Shown piece after piece: positions 39,560 to 49,645 of a stretch of 64,000 bases of DNA (position 1 is the first letter of the stretch; the number at the start of each line of letters is the position of its first letter). The stretch is from Vulcanimicrobiota bacterium. GTDB taxonomy: Bacteria > Vulcanimicrobiota > Vulcanimicrobiia > Vulcanimicrobiales > Vulcanimicrobiaceae. The position numbers and the translations under genes are program-made. The DNA is taken from contig CAVZQC010000004.1 in the NCBI GenBank assembly GCA_963777315.1, positions 224,001-288,000 of the forward strand, read 5' to 3'. Under the pieces are notes generated by a model that saw only the letters and a list, made by a program, of their open reading frames with translations, was not told the DNA's origin and did no database searches.

Positions 39560-42391
39560 ATGATGAACGACGTGCGGCCACGGGATCTAACCGGCAGGCT
39601 GAGCGAGCTCGCTATTCTCATGGAGCGCTTTCAAGCTGCCGAAAGCGGCGACGGCTGCAGCGTTTTGGTCACCGGCGACGCGGGCATCGGCAAAAGCCGG
39701 CTCCTTAGCGAACTGCACAAACGGCTCGATCCGAACGCATGCTGGTATGCCGCGGCGCAGAGCTTAGAATACATTCAGGCGCCGTATCACGTATTTTTGG
39801 AAATTGCGCGCAACCTGTTCGCTCAGCGCAGCGGCGCGGACGGCCCGCTTGAAGCACCCTTCAGCCGGCTGCTGTCGGGCAACTCGCTGAGCGAATCGGC
39901 GGCGGGAGAAACGCACCAGCGCAAGCTTCGCGCCTTTGAAGGCTTTGCCGAATCGCTGCGTTCGCTGGCGCGGGTGCGTCCGCTTATTGTTGCAGTCGAA
40001 GACGTGCATTGGGCCGACGTAGGGTCGATCGAACTGCTGCAATACTTGGTCTCGCGGCTTGGCGGCTCGAGAATACTGCTGATAGTTACTTGTCGCGTCG
40101 GCGACATCTCCGGCGCGAGCGCGTCGCTGACGTATCTGGAAAGTTTGGAACGCCTGGGTGTGACTCGCGTGCATTTGCCTGCGCTTTCGCGAGCGGAGAC
40201 TCGGATGCTGATCCGGCGTATGGTCCACGGCCATGATTCGCCCGGCGAAGAAGCGATCGAGCAGATAGAGCAGCTCGCCGACGGCAATCCGCTGTACGCT
40301 CAAGAGCTGCTTCGCAGCACGCTGATGCGGCGAACCACGGCAGGGATTACTCCTCCGCGCATTCCGGCTTCGCTTGCCGCCACCGTCGCCGAGCGGCTCA
40401 ACCGGCTCGAGCCCGAGCTGAGAAGCATCATCGTTCAAGCCTCCATAATCGGCAGAAGCTTCGATTCGGACCTGCTCGGGATAGTGGCGCAGCGCCCGCG
40501 CACGGTCGTGTTGGAAGCTTTACGCCAGGCCCGCGATCTGCAATTGCTCGTGGAGGACGGCTTTCGCACGATCAGCTACGCGTTCACGCATCAATTGGTG
40601 CGCGAAGTGATCTACCAACAGCTTTTAGCCCAGGAAACTCTCCCGCTGCACGAACGCATTGCGCGGCACCTCGAAAACGCAGCAGACGCTCCGAACCGTA
40701 CCGCGGAACTGGCCTATCACTGGGCCGCCGCCGGTAACGCTCGCAAAGCCGTTCACTACAATACGGCGGCCGGAGATATGGCCATCAGCGTGCACGCCCA
40801 CGGCGACGTTGCGCGGTTCTATCGCAGAGCGCTGCACTTTGCCGCCAGGAAGGATGCCGAGCGCGGCGATCTCTGCGCGAAGCTGGCGCTGGTGCTGTAT
40901 ATGAACGGACTCACTTCCGAGGCAAAGCACTGGTGCGAAGAAGCGATACGGGAGTTTGAAGTATTGGGAAACGGCCAGCGCGTGGTGCGGCTGCTGCTGC
41001 GCTTTGCCAAGCTGGAATTTTTCGAGGCCAACGTGCCGGCCAGCGTGACCCTGGCCGATAGAGCGCTGCGCAGCCTTGGATCGGACAATGCGAACAATTG
41101 CGGCGCGCTGATCGAGGCATTCTGCGAAATAGCGCGGTACTCGACCATGCTGGGCAGAAGCGCCGATGGACTGGCGTACTTGAACCGTGCCGAACAACTG
41201 GCGCACCGCCACGGCACCGGCCTTGCGGCGTTCTTCTATGACGTTCGTGCCATGGCGCACGCGAACATGGGACTGCAAGCGCGGGCTCTGAGCGATTTCG
41301 AACAATCGACGCAAATGGCCGACCGCTCCGGCGACGTGGAAACGACGCTTCGCATCTGGAACAACTACGGCTGCTACGCATCGTGGCTGGGCCTGGCAGA
41401 CGTGTCCATCGACGCCTACGAACGAACCCTGGCGTTGTGCGAGGCGCGCGGCTTTTTAGTGCGCACGGCGTTCTCGGCACTAGGTTTGGCTTGCACGATG
41501 TTCCGGTTGGGCCGTTTAACGCAAGCTCGCGCCCTCGTGCAGCTGGCGCTCGAACGCGGCGTGACGACGCCGTTGAACCGCCTTGTTCTCGCCGAAGTGG
41601 GCATTCCGTTGGCAATCATGCTGTGCGACGAGGCGCTGCTGGCCGAAGCGGAAGAAGAGTCGGTGCTCGACCGGGTTACGAGCATGCCGTCGGAATGGAC
41701 CGGCCCGGTCGCCGGCGCTTTTGCGGCGCTTGCGCTGCACCGGGGACAGCTGCAAAAAGCGCGCGACGTTCTGCATGCCGCACTGGTTGCGGTGCCGGCG
41801 GCGGAGCGCGCTTGGCCCATGCTCGTACAAATCGCAGGCTACGGGTATGCGTCCGATACGCCGCTGGCACGCGCATTGTTGGACCGAGCGCCCACAACGC
41901 GTACGACCGCCGCCGGAGCGGCTTACGAACAGCTGTTCAACGCGCATGCGTCGGCCAGAGACGGCCTGCGCGATACGAGCAAAAGCCATGCAAAAGCGTC
42001 GGCTGCGCTGTTCGGACGTTTGGGATGGCCGGTCGTTCAGGCGCAGGCTCTGGAACTGTCCGGAAACCTGGCGAACGCCGCGAAAATCTATCGCGATATC
42101 GGCAGCGTTCACGACGTTGAACGCATGTCCGGCGCGCTGCAACGCCGCAGCCGCGGGCGCTCGGGATCGAAACTGACCGCGCGCGAGCACCAAATCGCAG
42201 CGCTCGTGGCGGAAGGCTGCAGCAATAAGGCCATAGCGAAACGACTCGGCATCAGCGAACATACCGTCGGTCACCACTTGGAATCGATCTTCAATCGCCT
42301 GGAGATCAGCTCCCGCCTGCAGTTGGTCTCCGCCATGAACTCCAACGGAACAACTAAGACATCGTGTGGCCCAACATCTCCGGCGAGCTGA
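39560..42391 (+). CDS. large ATP-binding LuxR family regulator (AAA_16 + TPR + LuxR HTH)
   Basis: Walker A GDAGIGKS, Walker B VEDVHWAD, GNPLY, C-terminal LTAREHQIA...SNKAIA..L.ISEHTV. Confidence 0.92.
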   Translation: MMNDVRPRDLTGRLSELAILMERFQAAESGDGCSVLVTGDAGIGKSRLLSELHKRLDPNACWYAAAQSLEYIQAPYHVFLEIARNLFAQRSGADGPLEAPFSRLLSGNSLSESAAGETHQRKLRAFEGFAESLRSLARVRPLIVAVEDVHWADVGSIELLQYLVSRLGGSRILLIVTCRVGDISGASASLTYLESLERLGVTRVHLPALSRAETRMLIRRMVHGHDSPGEEAIEQIEQLADGNPLYAQELLRSTLMRRTTAGITPPRIPASLAATVAERLNRLEPELRSIIVQASIIGRSFDSDLLGIVAQRPRTVVLEALRQARDLQLLVEDGFRTISYAFTHQLVREVIYQQLLAQETLPLHERIARHLENAADAPNRTAELAYHWAAAGNARKAVHYNTAAGDMAISVHAHGDVARFYRRALHFAARKDAERGDLCAKLALVLYMNGLTSEAKHWCEEAIREFEVLGNGQRVVRLLLRFAKLEFFEANVPASVTLADRALRSLGSDNANNCGALIEAFCEIARYSTMLGRSADGLAYLNRAEQLAHRHGTGLAAFFYDVRAMAHANMGLQARALSDFEQSTQMADRSGDVETTLRIWNNYGCYASWLGLADVSIDAYERTLALCEARGFLVRTAFSALGLACTMFRLGRLTQARALVQLALERGVTTPLNRLVLAEVGIPLAIMLCDEALLAEAEEESVLDRVTSMPSEWTGPVAGAFAALALHRGQLQKARDVLHAALVAVPAAERAWPMLVQIAGYGYASDTPLARALLDRAPTTRTTAAGAAYEQLFNAHASARDGLRDTSKSHAKASAALFGRLGWPVVQAQALELSGNLANAAKIYRDIGSVHDVERMSGALQRRSRGRSGSKLTAREHQIAALVAEGCSNKAIAKRLGISEHTVGHHLESIFNRLEISSRLQLVSAMNSNGTTKTSCGPTSPAS

Positions 42392-42406
42392 GACGACGGG
42401 CGAGGC

Positions 42407-45400
42407 TCACGCAGACGCGTATTGCTGCGGCTCTTGGGTCCTCGCGGATTCGGCGAACGCACAGAAAAGATTGACGAGCGCCATCTGTTCGGGCGTATGA
42501 CAATGGGCATCGAGCAGCTCGGGGCTGCATACCAGTACGCTCAGACACTGAGCACGCGAGACCGCGACGTTGAAGCGATTGCGGCCGAATAAGAATTCCA
42601 TCCCGCGGGGAACGTCCTGCGCGCTGGATGCCGCCATCGAATAGAAGACGACCGGCGCTTCCAGGCCCTGGAATTTGTCGACGGTGCCTACGGCAACGTC
42701 ATCGTAACCGGCTTGCTCGAGCAGCCGCGTGATGTGAATGCGCTGCACGTTGTACGGAGCCACGATCAGGATGTCGCGCTGGGTTAGCGGCCGCGCCGGT
42801 TTACCCGCGACCGTTACGGTACCGCGCAGAAGGTCGCCGACCTCGGCAACGATGCGCTGAGCCTCTTCTTCGGATCCCGTGCGATTGGACTCGTGTGCGA
42901 TGGGAATGTAGAACAGTCCATTGCCGGAAAGTCCCGGCGAGTCGACGCGGTTTGCCGACGTCTTGTCGGCGGAATGCAAGCGGCCTTCGTAGATCGCCTC
43001 CGAGATGAAAGCGCAGATACGCGGCTGCATGCGATACGAGCATTCCAGGAACAGGCCGTAGTCCTCTCGCACGGTGGGCGTATCACCGCGAAGATGATCG
43101 AGGACGGAAAGCGACGTTCCGATGGGGTGCGACCCTTTGGATACGTGGGGCAGCTGCATCGGATCGCCGAGCAGCACGACGTTTTTGGCAATGCGAGAGG
43201 CAACGATGGCGTCCGCTAAGCTGACTTGACCGGCCTCGTCGATAAAGAGGTAATCGAATGTGCCCTCGGTCCCCTGGTACGCCCACGTAAACATCGTGCC
43301 GGACGCCAGCCGGCAATCCTGCGAAAGCAGCACCGCCATATCCCCCGAGTTTGCCATCATGGACCACTGCTCGTAAGGTTCGTAAGCGGACCGTTCGGTT
43401 GTGGTTTCTTTGTGGCAACCGTTGAATCGAAAGTTGCGCGCCTGCGCCGTTTGCTCTATCTTGCGCAGGAGATTGTGAACGGCTTTATGGCTCTGCGCTG
43501 CGATCGCAACGCGTTTGCCGGCCTGCAGCAGATCGACGATGGTCCAGGCGCCGGTGGTGCTCTTACCCGAACCGGGCGGACCTTGCACGAATAGATAACT
43601 GCTGTCCAGACGCGCGACGATTGCCGAAACGGCCTCTCGCGTAACTTGCGCGGGCTGAACTGCAGCCGATGTTTGCGCCCGCAAGCGGGGACGCCGAACC
43701 AGCAAGATGTCGAATGCCGCGGGATAGCGAGATTGCAGTTCGCCGGACAGATACAGCTTGCCCAGGTCCTCCATGGCGGCGCGTTTGTCGCGGTCCGACG
43801 GCGGTCCGCTTGGAATCAGCGCCCGCAGCGATTCGGGTCGAAGGCCGCCGGCGAGTTTGAGCTGGAGCACGCATTTGTCGCGATCCATGTCGATGATTTC
43901 GCCCGCGCCTTTCTTGGCGTCCGGGCACGTGGGTTTAGTTCCGACGTGATGCTCCTGCGGCGGAAACTCGAACGTGTACACAAAGTTCCTGTCTTTCGCG
44001 CCGGCCTTATAAGCGGCGATATCGCAACGGTAGCGCAGTCCGCCGATCGCCTCATCGTCGAACTCCTCGAGATTCTCGACATGGCCGAGCCGCTCGAAGT
44101 ATTTCCACCACTCCGGCCGCTGTTCGCGGCGGTGGTACCGCTGCAGGTTGCCCAGCAGCCAGCGCGCGCGAAAGTCATCGGACCACGACCGCAGTTGTTC
44201 CATTGAGTCCGGCGCAGGCATATCGTTCAGAAGAAGCCGCTCGGTTTGCGTCACTTCGTCGTCGTCGGGCTTTTCGGCGGCGTCGGGAACCGTGAACCAT
44301 GCAATGGCGTGACCGAGCGTCGCGCTCAGCTCGCCACGCAACTTGCGCAGCCATTGAAGAAGCTCGTACGTGGAGCGGCAATCCTCCTCGTTATAGAGCC
44401 GGATGTCTTCCAGAATGCCGTCGTCGCCCGAAGCGAGCCACGCCTCGAACATCAGGATTGAATCGTCGCCGCGCTTGGTTTTGGAGGTGCGGTTAAAACC
44501 GTAAAACACTTCGAGCTTCTTGATCGAATACGAGGGTTGCGAAATCCATAACCCCTGGCGTACGACGTTGTATAAATCGCAGAAGACGCCGCGCCGCAGG
44601 AGCTGATTTATCTCGTTCTCACGCGTGCCGTACTCGCCCATGAGGCGGCGCATCCGAGCGGGCTCGTACGACCCGTAGTGGTAGATGTGCAGCTCGGGGT
44701 GCTGCTCGAGGCGCTCCATGACCGCGTCGACGAACTGCTCGAATGCCGCGCGTTCGAGTTGGGGCCTCGTCGACCAGATGGGCCGGTACGTTCCTTCCAG
44801 CGGCAGGTAGTATCCCCATAGGTATTCCAGGCCGCGGTCCGCGCGGTACAGCGGATCGCCCTCCATATCGAAAAAAACGTCGCCTGCGCTGGGCTGAGGC
44901 AAACGCGCGAAACCGGTTTGCGGGTCGAACGGCTTAAAACGGAAAAAGTGCTGCGGCTGCGAACCGTTGCGCACGGTTTGGCGGTGCAAATGCTGCTGGC
45001 GCGCCTGCTCGCGCAGGTTGACGAACGTTTTGTCCGTCATCTTGTATGGTGCGTCCGTGGCTGCCGCAAGCGTTGCGAGGGTCGTGATGCCGGCCGAATG
45101 GAGCCTTTTGATTTGGTCCGCGCGCATGAAGGCGACCAGGCTCAAGTGGTCGTCGGCGTCGCGCCGGCTTTCGCAAGCGTCGTTCCACTTGCAGGTTTCG
45201 CAGCGGGGACATTCGACCGGATACGGCAGCTGCGCGTCGGGCCGGCCGGCATCGGACTCGACGTAGTGCAAGAACGACTCTTTCAAGTGCCGGTAATACG
45301 CCAAATAGTCGGCCAGACGATAGGCGCGCTCTTCACCGCTGCCGAGCACGATGTAACCGTGCTGCGGCATAACGCCCTGTATGCGATCCAAATGCTCGCT

Positions 45401-45871
45401 ATAGTTGCAAATCTGAACGAGAAAATATCCCTTTGTCGCTAGGGCGAGCTTGGTGTCGATGACTTCATAACTCCACGAGCCCAATGCACTCGGGACGGCG
45501 ACGCGCCGCAGAAAATCCGCGCGTCCCAGAAAGGTGCCGTCGAAAAACGTGGGCTGGTAGATAAGGCGAACGCCGCGGCGCATCGCCTCGACCGTCCGGC
45601 CTTCGGCAGCCTGCAGCCCCGCAGCCGTGTTGTCGGCGCGCTCGTCGAAGGCAACCAGTTCCGCGCCGAAAACGTCCTTTTGGCGCTCGAGATAGTTGCG
45701 CTCGTGCTGGATGCCTTTTTCCGCCAGCAGCCGGCGCGTCTGGTCATCGTCGGCAGGCTCCGCGCGGAGATCGAGCGCGACCTCTGCGCTAAGGCCGGTA
45801 AGGCGGCGGCATTCCAGGTAATCGTTCAAGTCGGACGCTGAATATACCAAACGCCCATCGATCCGCTGCAT
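42407..45871 (-). CDS. TM0106 family RecB-like nuclease fused to RNase H-like domain and SF1 (DNA2/NAM7-type) helicase
   Basis: SASDL..YLEC, GRADFL...DTKLA, FFDMEG, YSIKKLE, YNEEDC, QGPPGSGKS, IDEAGQ, GDPMQL, TVDKFQG, NRFNVAVSRA. Confidence 0.92.
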   Translation of the reverse strand: MQRIDGRLVYSASDLNDYLECRRLTGLSAEVALDLRAEPADDDQTRRLLAEKGIQHERNYLERQKDVFGAELVAFDERADNTAAGLQAAEGRTVEAMRRGVRLIYQPTFFDGTFLGRADFLRRVAVPSALGSWSYEVIDTKLALATKGYFLVQICNYSEHLDRIQGVMPQHGYIVLGSGEERAYRLADYLAYYRHLKESFLHYVESDAGRPDAQLPYPVECPRCETCKWNDACESRRDADDHLSLVAFMRADQIKRLHSAGITTLATLAAATDAPYKMTDKTFVNLREQARQQHLHRQTVRNGSQPQHFFRFKPFDPQTGFARLPQPSAGDVFFDMEGDPLYRADRGLEYLWGYYLPLEGTYRPIWSTRPQLERAAFEQFVDAVMERLEQHPELHIYHYGSYEPARMRRLMGEYGTRENEINQLLRRGVFCDLYNVVRQGLWISQPSYSIKKLEVFYGFNRTSKTKRGDDSILMFEAWLASGDDGILEDIRLYNEEDCRSTYELLQWLRKLRGELSATLGHAIAWFTVPDAAEKPDDDEVTQTERLLLNDMPAPDSMEQLRSWSDDFRARWLLGNLQRYHRREQRPEWWKYFERLGHVENLEEFDDEAIGGLRYRCDIAAYKAGAKDRNFVYTFEFPPQEHHVGTKPTCPDAKKGAGEIIDMDRDKCVLQLKLAGGLRPESLRALIPSGPPSDRDKRAAMEDLGKLYLSGELQSRYPAAFDILLVRRPRLRAQTSAAVQPAQVTREAVSAIVARLDSSYLFVQGPPGSGKSTTGAWTIVDLLQAGKRVAIAAQSHKAVHNLLRKIEQTAQARNFRFNGCHKETTTERSAYEPYEQWSMMANSGDMAVLLSQDCRLASGTMFTWAYQGTEGTFDYLFIDEAGQVSLADAIVASRIAKNVVLLGDPMQLPHVSKGSHPIGTSLSVLDHLRGDTPTVREDYGLFLECSYRMQPRICAFISEAIYEGRLHSADKTSANRVDSPGLSGNGLFYIPIAHESNRTGSEEEAQRIVAEVGDLLRGTVTVAGKPARPLTQRDILIVAPYNVQRIHITRLLEQAGYDDVAVGTVDKFQGLEAPVVFYSMAASSAQDVPRGMEFLFGRNRFNVAVSRAQCLSVLVCSPELLDAHCHTPEQMALVNLFCAFAESARTQEPQQYASA

Positions 45872-45916
45872 CAGGTTATTCCAATCCTATCACGGCCGCG
45901 TGGTACCGTGCCAACG

Positions 45917-46429
45917 TCATGCGGATCGATCCACATCGTACCATTCCAAACAGCGCAGCAAGATGGCCGCCGTCACGAGCGCATCTGCCAGCGCGCGATG
46001 CGCCGGAAGGTCCGCGAGCGCAGGATCGTCGTCGATGCGAAGATACCGGCGCAGCGTTTGGTTTCGGTGATTCGGCGCTTGCGGAAAGCAGCGGCGCGCC
46101 AAGCGCAGCGTGCAAAGCGACGGCAGATGCGCGAGTGCGGGCAGGAACCCCAAGTCGAACGCCGCGTTGTGCGCGACGACGGTCGAACCGCGGCAAAGCC
46201 GCCGCAGGCGCCGCTGCGCCACGACGAAAGGCGCTGCGTTGGTCACGTCCTGGTCGGTGATGCCGTGCACGCGCGTGGCATACTCGGGGATGGGGCGGCG
46301 CGGGTCGACCAACGTGGACCACGTTTGAACGATGGTTCGGCCGCTGACGACGACGCACGCCATTTCGACGACGCGGTCGCTGGCGTGGCTGAATCCGGTC
46401 GTCTCGACGTCCACCACTGCGTATCGCAC
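45917..46429 (-). CDS. 3'-5' exonuclease, DEDDh (DnaQ-like)
   Basis: VDVETTG, VHGIT, AHNAAFD, HRALADA; start at GTG 46429. Confidence 0.92.
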   Translation of the reverse strand: MRYAVVDVETTGFSHASDRVVEMACVVVSGRTIVQTWSTLVDPRRPIPEYATRVHGITDQDVTNAAPFVVAQRRLRRLCRGSTVVAHNAAFDLGFLPALAHLPSLCTLRLARRCFPQAPNHRNQTLRRYLRIDDDPALADLPAHRALADALVTAAILLRCLEWYDVDRSA

Positions 46430-46517
46430 GTACCCAGTGTGGCGCGAGGGCGTGCCAAGCGCATGGCACGATCTTCGCGGCGCAGCAAAGGCCACGGCGC
46501 ATGAAGAAGTCACCCGC

Positions 46518-48119
46518 GTGGCCAGTTTCCGGCGGCTCGCGGCTTTGTGCATGCTGGCGTTGCTCGTGCCGGCGGGATGCACGAAAGGCGGTACCGGCTC
46601 AGGGAGCGGAGCCGAGCGGGGCGTGCTTCGCGTCGCGGTGCCGCAAGATCCCAAGACGCTCGATCCGCTGCTGATCTCCAGCACGATCGACACTTTCGTG
46701 CAGCGGCTGATGTTCGAACCGTTGCTTTCGGCCGACTCGCAAGGACGGCCGGTTCCGATTTTGGCCGCCCAAGTTCCATCTACGGCCAACGGGGGCGTGA
46801 GCCGCGACGGCCTGACGATCGTGTATCGCCTGCGCGCCGGTCCCCGCTGGTCCGACGGCGTTCCGGTGACCAGCACAGACGTTGCGTGGACGTGGTCGGC
46901 GATCATGAACCCCGGCAACAACGTCGTTTCCCGTCACGGCTACGACGACGTCGCGCGCATCCAAACGCCGGGCCCGCGCACGGTGATCGTGCATTTGCGC
47001 AGGCCGCTGGCCTCGTTCGTCAACACGTTCTTCGCCGAGAGCGACCAGCCGTATGAAATCGTTCCCGCTCACGTGCTTTCGCGCTATCGCAACGTCAACC
47101 AAGTCGCGTTCAACAACACGCCCGACGTAACGGACGGTCCCTTCCGCTTCGTGCGCTGGACCCACGGCGACCGAGTCGTGCTGCGCGCCGACGAGCGTTT
47201 TTTCTTAGGAAAACCCAAGCTGCGCGGCATCGAAGTACTGACGGTGCCCAATGAAAATACTTCGGTGAACCTGCTGCGCACCGGCGCGATCGATTACATG
47301 TACCAGGCGTCGATTGCAACGTACCCCGAACTGCGCAGCGTCCCCGGCGTCCGGCTGGTGTGGCTGAACATGAACGGTTACGAAGGAATGGTGTTCAACA
47401 CGCGGCGCAAGCCGATGAACGACCCCCGTTTTCGTTTGGCTCTCGCATACGCAATCGACAAATCCGAACTGGTTCGCACGCTCACCTACGGCCAAGAAAC
47501 GCTGGCGACCGAAGATCTGCCGGACTGGATGTGGGCGTACAATCCGCACGTTACGGCGTACGCGCACGATGCCGGCCGGGCGCGCGCGCTGCTGCGCGAG
47601 GCGGGGATCCGGACGCCGATCTCGCTCGACCTGGCAGGCGAGATCGCCAACGTTACCGAGAAACGCGAGGCGGTGCTGCTGCAGTCGCAGCTGGCGGCGT
47701 TCGGCATCAGGCTGCAGATCAAAACCTATCCCGGAGATTTGCTCTATGCACCGGCCGGCATGGGCGGAATCCTCAACGGCGGAAAGTTCGATCTGGCGAT
47801 GTGGCCGTGGTACGCGGGGCTGGATCCCGATAACTCATCGCAGTTTACCTGCGCGGACGTTCCACCGCGCGGATACAACGAATCGGCGTACTGCAATCCC
47901 GAAATGGAGGCGCTGCAAACCCGCGCGCTGGCCCATTACGACGTGCGCACGCGCAAGGCGGCGTATGCGCGCATTGAAGAACTGCTCGCGCGCGACAATC
48001 CGCTGCTGGTATTCTGGTGGCAGCGCCAACAGGAAGCCGTGCGCACGCGAGTAAACGGCTTTGCACCTAATCCCGTGGTTGAATCGTGGAACGCCTGGCA
48101 GTGGAGTATCGAGCCGTGA
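46518..48119 (+). CDS. peptide/nickel ABC transporter substrate-binding lipoprotein (family 5)
   Basis: Lipobox PAGC, DPKTLDP, WSDGVPVTSTDV, GPFRF, DPRFRLALAYAIDK. Confidence 0.9.
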   Translation: MASFRRLAALCMLALLVPAGCTKGGTGSGSGAERGVLRVAVPQDPKTLDPLLISSTIDTFVQRLMFEPLLSADSQGRPVPILAAQVPSTANGGVSRDGLTIVYRLRAGPRWSDGVPVTSTDVAWTWSAIMNPGNNVVSRHGYDDVARIQTPGPRTVIVHLRRPLASFVNTFFAESDQPYEIVPAHVLSRYRNVNQVAFNNTPDVTDGPFRFVRWTHGDRVVLRADERFFLGKPKLRGIEVLTVPNENTSVNLLRTGAIDYMYQASIATYPELRSVPGVRLVWLNMNGYEGMVFNTRRKPMNDPRFRLALAYAIDKSELVRTLTYGQETLATEDLPDWMWAYNPHVTAYAHDAGRARALLREAGIRTPISLDLAGEIANVTEKREAVLLQSQLAAFGIRLQIKTYPGDLLYAPAGMGGILNGGKFDLAMWPWYAGLDPDNSSQFTCADVPPRGYNESAYCNPEMEALQTRALAHYDVRTRKAAYARIEELLARDNPLLVFWWQRQQEAVRTRVNGFAPNPVVESWNAWQWSIEP

Positions 48120-49645
48120 TGCCTTCGCGCGCGCGCATAGCAAATTTCGGCATGTATCTGGCCGGCTTCATGGCCGTGCTCAACATCAGCATAATCTATC
48201 TCGCGCTGCCGTACATCGAACGCACGCTGCACGCCGGCATAGCGGATCAAGAATGGATCCTCAGCGTTTACCCGCTCATGGAGGGCGGCTTTACGCTGGC
48301 CGCCGGTACGCTGGGCGATCTGTACGGCCGCAAGCGCATTCTCACCCTGACGACCTGGCTGTTCGTGCTGGCGACGTTGGGGTGCGCGCTGGCTCCCAGC
48401 GCACCGGTACTGATCGTGCTGCGCGGACTGCAGGGGCTCGGCGGCGCCGCGCTGCTGTCGCTGCCCGTTGCCATTTTGGTGCAGATGCTGCCCGAAGGCG
48501 ACGACAACGAGAATACGATCAAGATGTTCTCGACGGTCGCGGGTGCGGGCGCAGTCGCCGGCCCCGTGATCGGCGGCGCGCTCGTGCATTGGTTTGGCTG
48601 GCCGTCGGTGTTTTATCTGTCCGTTCTGATGGGTTTGGTCGTACTGGCTACGTTCCCGTACGTCAAGGAGAGCCGGCGCGACCCCTCGCTACGGCTGGAC
48701 GGCCTGGGCCAGTTCCTGAGCATCGTATCGTTCATTGCGATCAGCTTCGCGTTGATCGAAGGCAACGCCAACGGCTGGAGCTCGCCGCTGATCGTCGGAT
48801 CGTTCGCGGTATTTGCAATCGGCATCGTGTGCTTCGTCGCGATCGAGCGCCGCGCTGCAAAGCCGATGGTCCACCTGCGCTACTTCGGCTCGCGTTCGTT
48901 CGTGGCCGCCTTGCTCATCATCGGGGCGATCAACTTCGGCTGGTACGGCATAATGCTGCTCTGCACCGACTTTCTGCAGAACGTGCAGCGCCAGTCGCCG
49001 TTTGCCGCGGGATTCTATCTGATGCCCAGCAATCTCGCCTTCTTTACGATCAATCAGTACAGCTCTCAGGCCGAAAAACTGCTCGGACAGCGTCTGCTGC
49101 TGGTCGTAAGCTGGGTGGTCACGCTTGCGGGCATCGTGTGGCTGGCCATGTTGGGCGTTTCCTCGGCATCGTGGCAGGTTGCGGCGGGATTGTTCGTGGC
49201 GGGAATCGGTTGGGGGCTGCTCTTTACGCCCGCTGCATCGATGGGGATGTCGGCGGTTGCGCCGGTCGACGAGGGTTTTGCTTCGGGCGCGATTGCGCTG
49301 AGCCGTTCGCTGTTCGGCGTGTTCGGCATTGCGATTTTGGGGACGCTGCTTTCAGGCGGGATGGCGCGCGGAGTGCACGATGCTTTGGCCGCGGCCGGCA
49401 TTCCGGCGGCGGCCGGCGAGCAGATCGGCAGCGCGGTGCATCACGGCGGCGCGTTCGTCATTGCGCAGCATCCGCCGGCGGGAGTGAATGCCGGATTTCT
49501 CGTGCAGCTGATGGAGCAGTCCTTCGTGAGCGGCTGGCATCTCGCGCTAACCGTCTGCGCGGCGCTTACGCTGCTGGCCGGCCTGCTGATTTACGGTTTG
49601 CTGCCCGCTCGCAAATCGGCCGTCACGGGCAGCGCGCAAGCTTAG
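48116..49645 (+). CDS. MFS transporter, DHA2 (EmrB/QacA-like)
   Basis: GTLGDLYGRKR motif A, RGLQGLGGA, GPVIGG; about 14 TM segments. Confidence 0.9.
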   Translation: MMPSRARIANFGMYLAGFMAVLNISIIYLALPYIERTLHAGIADQEWILSVYPLMEGGFTLAAGTLGDLYGRKRILTLTTWLFVLATLGCALAPSAPVLIVLRGLQGLGGAALLSLPVAILVQMLPEGDDNENTIKMFSTVAGAGAVAGPVIGGALVHWFGWPSVFYLSVLMGLVVLATFPYVKESRRDPSLRLDGLGQFLSIVSFIAISFALIEGNANGWSSPLIVGSFAVFAIGIVCFVAIERRAAKPMVHLRYFGSRSFVAALLIIGAINFGWYGIMLLCTDFLQNVQRQSPFAAGFYLMPSNLAFFTINQYSSQAEKLLGQRLLLVVSWVVTLAGIVWLAMLGVSSASWQVAAGLFVAGIGWGLLFTPAASMGMSAVAPVDEGFASGAIALSRSLFGVFGIAILGTLLSGGMARGVHDALAAAGIPAAAGEQIGSAVHHGGAFVIAQHPPAGVNAGFLVQLMEQSFVSGWHLALTVCAALTLLAGLLIYGLLPARKSAVTGSAQA

